Shown: positions 54,377 to 64,000 of the stretch, one piece after another
How the letters are laid out: each line of letters starts with the position of its first letter
How positions within the stretch are numbered: position 1 is the first letter of the stretch
DNA from: Octopus vulgaris
Taxonomy: Eukaryota
Reading direction: 5' to 3'
DNA: 64,000 nt
Assembly (NCBI GenBank): GCA_951406725.2
Contig: OX597823.1
Location: 18,600,001 to 18,664,000 of the forward strand
Made by a program: the position numbers and the translations under genes
Notes under the pieces: generated by a model
Database searches by the model: none
Seen by the model: only the letters and a program-made list of their open reading frames with translations
What the model was told of the DNA's origin: nothing

Positions 54377-54900
54377 GGGACCAAGAACGCAAAACGTCCA
54401 GACAGTTAGGTGATACAAAAAAGGTACAACAAAACATCCAGATAAACGATGCAAAGAAAACAAGGACCGGTCATTCGGAGTTTTCTTTCCTCAGTCGAGT
54501 TCCAGATAATCTTTGCAATTTCGGCTGGTTATATTCGAGATTGCTCCAATCTAGCCAGCCCCAAGGAAAAACTAAGCTAAGAGCATTAGATTCCTTGGAA
54601 GAAAACAGTGAATGTATACGAAAACAAGGACGGAAAAAGCGGAGAAAGTTACACCAATACAAATAACAGGACATAACAACAGGTGTCTTTCGACTAAGGA
54701 TGAATTAAATTAAGCTGGCGTGTGTGGAAGTAAAGCCTTACGGCAGGGATACAAGATTTCACAGGTACAGGGAGAAAATATAGATATTGCACGGACAACG
54801 GCCGAACCAAGAAAGAAAGGTCAGGCTTGGCCGAACACCGGTCACGTGGGGAGAGAAGAGAGGAGCTCTCCACGTGACCGGTGTTCGGTCAAGCCTGACC
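54370..54900 (-). mobile_element. TA-anchored repeat (Penelope-like end) with a terminal foldback
   Basis: 54370-54510 matches 62925-63055 in the opposite orientation. There is a ~32-bp hairpin at 54819-54900. A similar layout is seen at 8500-8930. Confidence 0.5.
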
Positions 54901-55754
54901 TCCCTCGAAGTTGCTGGCCTGTACCAAAATTTTTTAATCGATATTTATTGCGTTGTAACGATGCATAGGCTTTTAATGTGCTCATAAACCTTTTAACTTG
55001 AGCTCATAAAAACCATGGTTATACGTATCTTATGATGTTTAAATTTCTGAAGCTTATACTTCAGAAATTTGCTTTGAAAGTTGATCTGACGATTATGAAA
55101 ACTGGGGCATGAAATTTGATACATAATAAGCACACATTAAAAATGCCTGATTATTGAAACGTTGATTGGATAACATGGAACTACCGAATTCGGTAACGAT
55201 ACAACTATTGTTCGAAAAACAGAGTAGAGCAGTGGACTAGCTGGCAGAAACGTTAGCACGCCGGGCGAAATACGTAGCCGTATTTCGTCTGCCGTTACGT
55301 TCTGGGTTCAAATTTCACCGAGGTCGACTTTGCCTTTCATCCTTTCGGGGTCGATAAATTAAGTACCAGTTACGTACTGGGGTCGATGTAATCGACTTAA
55401 TCCGTTTCTCTGTCCGTCTGTGTTTAGCCCCTTGTGGGTAGTAAAGAAATATAATATTGTGGTAGAGATAAATAAACGAAAATCATTAGAGACATATCTG
55501 TCTTTTTGGAAAATGTCGAAGTTGAGATTATGATAGGGCCCAGTAAGGATTGATTTAAGCCTTCTTGAGTGGTTCTTGTACTTATGAAAGGATTTCTCTA
55601 GCTCAGATTTCCCTGAGCAAGAAGAAAATCAAGGTGAGTACGGTTGATAAGGCCTGTTCGATGTAGGGGCTGTCAAAATAGTTACCGTTTAATTTGCAGG
55701 TTGACTGACGCTGTTGTCACCTTATTGAGTTCATCCGCCCTTGTAGCCTCTCTC

Positions 55755-55976
55755 TTTACTCTCTCTCTCTCTTTTACTTGTTTAAGTCATTTGACTGCGA
55801 CCATGTTGGAGCACCGCCTTTAATCGAGCAAATTGACCCCAGGACTTATTCTTTGTAAGCCTAGTACTTATTCTATCGGTCTCTTTTGCCGAACCGCTAA
55901 GTTACGGGAACGTAAACACACCAGCATTGGTTGTCAAGTGATGTTGGGGAGAACAAACACAGACTCACAAACATAT

Positions 55977-56007
<31 letters not shown>

Positions 56008-56178
56008 CATATATACGACGGGCTTCTTTCAGTTTCCGTCTACCAAATCCTCTTACAAGGCTTTGATTGGCCCGAGGCTATAGCAGAAGACACTTGCCTA
56101 AGGTGTCACGCAGTGAGACTGAACCCGGAACCATGTGGTTTGTAAGCAAGCTACTTACCACACAGCCACTCCTGCGCG
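55755..56178 (-). mobile_element. SINE-A copy
   Basis: Homologous to 57857-58292. Confidence 0.85.
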
Positions 56179-56658
56179 TAGACAAGTTTTTTTCATTTTT
56201 ACCTTGTCAGTGTATTCATCTACTTGTTTTTTTTTTGTTTTTTTTTTGTTTTTTACACATCAGGGGGAAACCCTAGATTGGTGGTGCCGGTTTAGTCGAC
56301 GACGGATTAACCATAAAACAGGTGGTAATGCTTTAAAAGATTACCAGCAGTTGAGCATTTTCATGTGGTCACACCCGCACGCAAACACACAAACACACAC
56401 ACACATGCTCGCACACACACATACATACACTCTCACTCTCTTCCCCCCCCCCCACACACACACAAGTCACGTGTTCGCGCGCACACACGTCTTGCGCGCA
56501 CACACGTCTTGCGCGCGTGTGCACACACACTCACACAACATAGAAACACACGCACACACACACACACACACGTTCACACGCGACACGCATAACGTTATAG
56601 AAATCAATTATACAACTACGTACGTTTCGAAATTTATTCACAACGGCACCACCACCAC

Positions 56659-56766
<108 letters not shown>

Positions 56767-57856
56767 GTGCAACAGGGCTACCAATGTCGCGTGCAACAAC
56801 CACAACAGTAACAACAACAGCGAAAGCATTTCTATCTTCGCCTCGTGCAACCATAAAAATCCCTTATTAGATTAGACCCTCTCCTTTTCTCCGTCCCCCT
56901 CTCTGTTTATTGTATCCCCCCCTCTCTCCCTTCCTCCTCACTTTCACTACGATGAAAGCCTCGTTTTCAGGACTTATAAATTTCAGGAAAGAACGGATCT
57001 AAGTAGTTTAAAACCATTTAAACATCGTAGCTGATACGGGTGCCTATTATACTGCGATATGTTGTACTGTGTGTGAGCCAGAAGCTTTGCTGAATCTTTT
57101 TTTTCCTTGTTCATGTGTAAGCGCAGGAGTTTTAAGGTGAAGGTGAAAGCGGAAACAACAGAAATCACCGGTCCGTATTGCGTGAGAAGAGTTGTGTTTG
57201 ATGTATTCGTGATTCAAGACACTTCGGTTGTGTGTCTTCCACTGTGCTACTAACGATGGATGGAAGCACTCCGTCGGTTACGACGACGAGGGTTCCGGTT
57301 GATCCGACCAACGGAACGGCCTGCTCGTGAAATTAACATGTAAGTGGCTGAGCACTCCACAGACACGTGTACCCTTAACGTAGTTCTCGGGGATATTCAG
57401 CGTGACACAGAGAGTGACAAGGCTGGCCCTTTAAAGTACAGGTACAACAGAAACAGGAAGAAAGAGTGATAGAAAGTTGTGGTGAAAGAGTACAGCAGGG
57501 ATCACCACCATGCCCTGCCGGAGCCTCGTGGAGCTTTAGGTGTTTTTCGCTCAATAAACACTCACAACGCCCGGTCTGGGAATCGAAACCGCGATCCTAC
57601 GACCGCGAGTCCGCTGCCCTAACCACTGGGCCATTGCGCCTCCACTTAACGAAGGATCAGTTGGATTACATTTATAGGATGGCTGTCGGTGCCACGAGCT
57701 GGTGAGAGTCCTCCACCTGGATCTACAAGGGGAATAAAATTCATAAAGATGTATATGCCGAGTAAAATTAGTCATCACCACTAGAGGCGCCACATTACAA
57801 GGTTCTTTATCTCTTTCTGTCAATTTATGTTGGCCACGATGACAGATATATTACAT

Positions 57857-58019
57857 AGGCGTAGGAGTGGCTGTGTGGTAAGTAGCTTGCTTACGAACCA
57901 CATGGTTCCGGGTTCAGTCCCACTGCGTGGCACCTTGGGCAAGTGTCTTCTACTATAGCCTCGGGCCGACCAAAGCCTTGTGAGTGGATTTGGTAGACGG
58001 AAACTGAAAGAATTCTGTC

Positions 58020-58059
<40 letters not shown>

Positions 58060-58292
58060 ATATGTTTGTGTGTCTGTGTTTGCCCCCCCCCCCCCAACAT
58101 CGATTGACAGCCGATGCTGGTGTGTTTACGTCCCCGTAACTTAGCGGTTCGGCAAAAGAGACCGATAGAATAAGTACTAGGCTTACAAAAGAATAAGTCC
58201 TGGGGTCGATTTGCTCGACTAAAAGGTGGTGCTCCAGCATGGCCACAGTCAGATGACTGAAACAAGTAAAAGAGTAAAAAGAGTAAAAGAGT
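57857..58292 (+). mobile_element. SINE-A: tRNA-derived CORE-like SINE with an internal (TA)/(TG) microsatellite (representative copy)
   Basis: A box TGGCTGTGTGG, B box GGTTCAGTCC, CORE-like ccttgggcaagtgtctt, tail (AAAAGAGT)n. About 25 full or partial copies occur in the window. Confidence 0.9.
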
Positions 58293-59518
58293 ATATATCG
58301 TTGATTATAGGATTTGTCTTATAGGATAGATAAGAGCAAACTAAAATAAAATGTTTTTCTTTTCTTAAACTTTGAATAGTTACTGTTGATGTTGATATTG
58401 TAAATCAGCAGATAAATTATAAAATCAGTAAATACAGATTTTCAGGCTGTAATCATCTTGTCTTTATTTTATATTCTAAAACATGAGATAACATTCGTTA
58501 TCTAATGTCTTCCTTTCTCGAAAATGACATTTATATGATTTGAAGAAGATTTGGTTGATTTTCCTTGCAATTCGAGCTAACAAGAAATATTTCCTCGCTG
58601 CCTGGGTAAAAGTTCCTTGGGTAAATAGTTCCTCATTGGTTGGGTAGGTGTCACTTATATACTGGATACCGGGTTCCCTATTAGCTGGATCGAGGCTTTC
58701 CTAACGTTGAAAGTTAGTTAAGGGTTGGCAGTTAGCGCCAGTACGTTGGTGTTGAGAGCATAAGTCATTAAAATCGAATCCCTCTACCGAATAGTATTCT
58801 GGCCCAACACATGCAGCAATCCCTAACGACATGGTATATTTTGTTTCTTCTGACACCTAATGTACCAATGAAGAATAAATTGTTCTATTCAGAAACACGG
58901 TGAAACATCTGGTGTAGATAACAACCCGCAACCTGTGACTAATCCGTACACTCAGTTATTTTTTCTATTTAGTCAGAAGAAGGGAGATACCCATGATTCC
59001 TCTCAGAGACTTCGAGATTGGTGGGAGGATGAAGGAAGTAAGTCATCCTCAGATCTGGAGATCTGTTTCAAATGCTTGCAAAATCAGAGACAACGGAGAG
59101 ATGTTCCCACTGGATCTGGTCGAGGAGGAACATAAACGACCTCCACACCGTTTGAAGGCAATATTTTTTGTATTTTAACGCTATCACAGTAAGTCACCGT
59201 GATAGCGTTGACGTTTCACTGCTACCATGGTAACCAACGTTATTTCTTCTTTAAGTATAAGTCTGAAAGCTGTATCAACGAAAGGGAATTGCAACTAGAT
59301 GAAGTCTCCAGACGGTTTGAATACACGAGTCTCCGATATCCAAGTGGCTAAAACGTGTCAGCAGAAGGGCACCCAGGAGTTATGACCCAGATGCGACCCG
59401 GTCTCCAATTAGGGTGTAAGGAGTTAAGGGTCGAAACACTTGCCTGAAGAGGGTTTTTTTCTCTAAAGACCTTCTGCTGTTCAGCTCTCTTGAGAATTTC
59501 TTATCACTGCTAAAGTCA

Positions 59519-59586
59519 ACCTAGTGCTCAATACCTAGCGCTCAATACCTAGCGCTCAATACCTAGCGCTCAACCTAGCGCTCAAT
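59519..59586. repeat. 14-bp tandem repeat CCTAGCGCTCAATA, about 5 units
   Basis: Seen directly in the sequence. Confidence 0.9.
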
Positions 59587-60016
59587 GTATAAACCAAGCG
59601 AAAGATGAGGCATATTACTCAGCAATAGAAAAAGTCTCTCCAATGGGATTACACGCGGTTTATATGTAACAAATTTCACTTACAAGTATTCAGTCGATTT
59701 AATGCTATAGCAGAAGACACGATTGTGGGTGGGAGCGTTGAGGGTATGATGAAGCCATGAGTGGCCCAGAAAGTTTGAGAACCTCTGACTTAGAAGCTTT
59801 CCTACTGTTGTTTTACATAATCCATATATGCTTTACTTTCAGTTCTATTTTTGAGAGATAAGGAATTTTACATTTGACGGATATTTGTCCCCATCTTGTT
59901 ACCACAACTTTTCGGCTGATGTATTCTCCAGCCTTCACCGGGGGGAGGGGATTGAACCTAGAACCATAGAGTTACAAAGCGAAATTCTTAGTTATACAGA
60001 TATGACAGCGCCCATA

Positions 60017-60413
60017 TCTTTATATATAAAAGTGAAGTTGTGTGTCTGTCTCCTACGATTTAGATTCCTAACTACTCCCACATTTTGCGGTGCAGTTTAA
60101 CCAAAAGCGGGTATCTTATAGTCGTGATTCATATCGAGCCCTTCTGGGTATTAGCGCGCGTCTACGATGAGTCTACGATTTAAAACAAAATTTACCATCA
60201 TTTTTTTCCCATTTTTAATGCATTTTTTTTGCTATTATATAAGGGAAGTAACTCTCTAAAAATGTATTATTAAATCTCAGAACGTAAAAAGCTACAGTAA
60301 CACCCCCCTTTGTGGTTAGCCATATTGAGATGGCTATTATATTTTACATCTCTAAAAATGCTTATATAGTTATTTCCCTTACAAACCCGAGCAACGCCGG
60401 GCGATACTGCTAG
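60017..60413 (+). mobile_element. Non-autonomous Helitron, subfamily 2
   Basis: a|TCTTTATATATAAAAG...CCCGAGCAACGCCGGGCGATACTGCTAG|t. Confidence 0.85.
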
Positions 60414-61369
60414 TCTCATATAAATATGATCAAAATTGTTATTTTACATTGAATATAAAGAAGGTTTTATATAAGAAGCCCAGCTCCTGCCATGCTGTTG
60501 CATTGAGTGTGGATATAGTACGAAGCCAACAGATTTTGGTGTTTATACATGCTGGTTTATTATATACGCTGTATGCGTTTTGTCGTGTGTTCACAAAACA
60601 CAGTTCCACACATTTCAAATCCTCAAACGTTGAGAAAAAACTTCAGATCATTTGGGAATGTCTGCTACGTTAGATTGCCACCGTATTCAGGAGTGACAGT
60701 CGTAAAACTGACTGTCGTAAAACCGGCGCAAAAAAGACACCTTTAAAACCCTTTGAAGAGGCCGCTGTTTGACTTTGTTACTGTTACATTATCCCGGCTC
60801 CCCAATTGGGTATTTTAGCAATATTTAATGTATGTAAAGTATACGGAAGTGATATGAGGAAAATTATGAGAATCAATATTGATATACATAATGGTGTGAA
60901 TGGTTCTTTGACTTGGTTTTTCTGAAAGGAAAGATGGAGAGAGGGTAGAGAGAGGGGGAGAGAGAAATGATTCAGTGAGAGAGAGAAAGGATGAACGAGG
61001 AGAGAATTATTGGGTCAGAGGGAGAGGGAGAGTGTGTGCATGATCCAGGGAAAGAGAGATAAAAGACACATTCAGTAAGAGAGAGAGAAAGGGGGACAGT
61101 GAGAATCAACGGCAACGAGAAAGACAGTGGCAGATAAAGAGAGGGGGGAGAGAGAGAAGAGGGAGAGAGACAAAGAGAGAAGGAGAGAGTGGTCCAACAA
61201 GAGAGAGACAGTGAGAGACGGACGGACAGACAGACAGACAGACAAACAGACAGGCACACAAGCAGAGTCAGACAGGCCGACAGACAGACGGACGGACAGA
61301 CAGAGAGTGAGAGACATACGGAGAGAGAGAGAGAGAGAGAGAGAGTGAATCAACTAGAGAGGGAGGATA

Positions 61370-61790
61370 AAACGAGTGAGTGAATGAGTGAGCGATTGAA
61401 GGTGATTGCGTGCAGTGAGTGAGTGAGTGAGTGCGATTGAGTGAGTGATTGAGTGAATGAGTGTGATTGAGTGAGTGCGATTGAGTGAGTGAGTGTGATT
61501 GAGTGAGTGAGTGAGTGTGATTGAGTGAGTGAGTGAGTGAGTGAGTGAGTGAGTGAGTGTGATTGAGTGAGTGAGTGAGTGTGAGTGAGTGAGTGAGATT
61601 GAGTGAGTGATTTAGTGAATGAGTGAGTGTGATTGAGTGACTGAGTGAGTGAGTGAGTGAGCGAGAGAGTAGGTGTAAGTGAGTGAGTGAGTGTAAGTAA
61701 GTAAGTAAGTGAGTGAGTGAGTGAGTGAGTGAGTGAGTAAGTAAGTAAGTGAGTGAGTGAGTGAGTGAGTGAGTCAGTCAGTCAGTCAAT
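61370..61790. repeat. (GAGT)n degenerate microsatellite
   Basis: Seen directly in the sequence. Confidence 0.9.
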
Positions 61791-62395
61791 GAGACTGAGT
61801 GGGGGAAGAGGTTAGTTTAGTACACTATTTTCAAAGATGATGGAATCTTCAGTGTGGAAGAGAGAAAGAGAGAGAGAGAGAGAGGAAGAGAGGGAGGGAG
61901 GTAGTGAGTGGTGGTGGTGGTGGTAGGGGGGAGGGCGAGTAATATCTTTATTTCATTTCCTGCTATTTGTTGATTTAATTATGGAACCTTTGGTACATTA
62001 ATACAACTTTGCTTTATTTCTGCTGTCGATAATATATTTAAGATTTCGTATTTTTAGCATTACAACAGCGCTTCCTATTTGGAAATACAATATTAATGTC
62101 CGATGGAGCAAAAAAAAAAAAAAAAAGTCATATAGACGCAAAGAAAAACACTTTATTTTCGACCCCCAACTAAGAATATATTTTTATTATTAAAAATAGC
62201 TCCCTAGGCTGGAACTTGTGTTCCATCTGAGCAACCTCGGCAGAAATCTGATAATGTACCGAACAGATGTTTAATTCACTGCTTCTGACATAAGATCTTG
62301 TGTAAAGGTTTCCCCCTAACATATGTATATTTCTTTCATTTTTGTTGTCGAAAGGTTTATTATTTTTATTTTCGTACTCCCAGTATGTATGCACT

Positions 62396-62455
<60 letters not shown>

Positions 62456-62635
62456 CACACCCTCATCCATGTTCTTTTAGTTGTTTAAGGTATTGGACTG
62501 TGGCCATACTGGGACACCACCTTGAAGGGTTTACACCTGTATTTCTCAGTCATTCTTTTTTATCAGTGGACCCCTTTTATTACTATATTATTCTAATTCC
62601 CTACCCCAAAGACATTCAGTTTTTAAAAAAAAACA

Positions 62636-62922
62636 TAGGCATAGGAGTGGCTGTGTGGTAAGTAGCTTGCTTACGAACCACATGGTTCCGTGTTCATTCC
62701 CACTGCGTGGCACCTTGGGTAAGTGTCTTCTACTATAGCCTCGGGCCGACCAAAGCCTTGTGAGTGGATTTGGTAGACGGAAACTGAAAGAAGCCCGTCG
62801 TATATATGTATATATATATATGTGTATGTATGTGTATGTGTATGTATATGCTTGTGTGTCTGTGTTTGTCCCTCCCCGCAACATCGCTTGACAACCGATG
62901 TTGGTGTGTTTACGTCCCCGTA
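62636..62922 (+). mobile_element. SINE-A copy, 3'-truncated
   Basis: Homologous; joined to a TA-anchored repeat fragment. Confidence 0.8.
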
Positions 62923-63386
62923 ATCTGGAACTCGACTGAGGAAAGGAAACTCCGAATGACTCGTCCTTGTTTTCTTTGTATCTGGATGTTTTGTTGTCCC
63001 TTTTTTGTATTATCTAACTGTCTTGATGTTTTGCGTTCTTGTTCCATTTTGTATTATATATATATATATTAATTAATCAATTAGGGTAACAAAAAATTCA
63101 ATAGAAATTTATCGCTACCAGCGGTCTAGTGGGAAAGAGAAAATAGTCAAAGACTATATATATAAATTCAACAACAATTAAGGAATGGCCTTAATAGGCC
63201 ATTCGGCCCACTAGAAGAAGCAGCCAGGACTCAAACCGCTAAGTAGTAGTAATTCAGAAATTTTCATTTAATTTCATTTAATTTCATTTTCATTTAATTT
63301 CTGAATTACTACTACTTAGCGGTTTGAGTCCTGGCTGCTTCTTCTAGTGGGCTGAATGGCCTATTAAGGCCATTCCTTAATTGTTG

Positions 63387-63420
<34 letters not shown>

Positions 63421-64000
63421 AAAAAATGAGTAGATATGGCTTTTTGTGGGGGTAATTTTTATTTTAATAACAATGTTTACAATGAGTTACTCTGATTATG
63501 AGTTTCAAGTTTCAAATAGCCGTTTTAAAACTGAAAAATGTATGTTTTACTGGTTGCTTAAATAGCAACAAGAAAAAAAGAAGAAAATGCATGTGTGCGT
63601 GTACAATAATATTACGTAAAGATATGTACAGGAGACATGTGAGCTGGATTTGTTATTTATAACATCGATACAGCCCTCCATCCACCCCGAATGAAGATGA
63701 TAGCTATGACCAAACGACCGAAAACTCATAAAGACTTGCAGTCGCAACTCTTAGTAATCTAATATAACTTCACACAACGTGATGTCACACATTTTGACCA
63801 AAAGTTTATAACAAAAGTAGAAAACAAGTTCAAGATTTAACGTTCTTTACAAATTATAGAGTAAATGAACTTTAAAGAAAAAAACCAGGTGTATAGATTC
63901 TATTCACTATTAAGTTAGTTGACTGTTAGTTGACTGTAGCAGAGAAATCTAGGACAGAAAGGCTATATCTAAGACTTCATACATTAGTTGTTATCCAAAG

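Noticed and set aside
59519-59586. Short tandem repeats as a possible CRISPR-like array
   Set aside because: Head-to-tail units with no spacers, in a eukaryotic context.

Overview
Repeat-dense, AT-rich eukaryotic DNA. The SINE families and microsatellite load resemble an octopus or other coleoid cephalopod genome (inference). Almost all listed ORFs are microsatellite or SINE artefacts. One real gene is visible on the minus strand: three in-phase coding exons (13084-12963, 10875-10654, 6335-~6211) encoding the N-terminal Slp-homology/FYVE-like Rab-binding domain of a MyRIP/melanophilin-like Rab27 effector. The rest holds at least four tRNA-derived SINE families, five non-autonomous Helitrons, several MITEs (mariner-like, Merlin-like, foldback) and LINE fragments (RTE-like RT, CR1-like 3' end, RLE endonuclease). 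The most notable signal is a set of about ten minimal type I hammerhead ribozyme cores with palindromic stem III, of the Penelope-like element type, mostly in short units set in TA microsatellites. One of them lies in a tRNA-headed SINE-like element inserted as a head-to-head inverted pair with a 13-bp target-site duplication (48461-49177). Coordinates were counted by eye and repeat boundaries are approximate.
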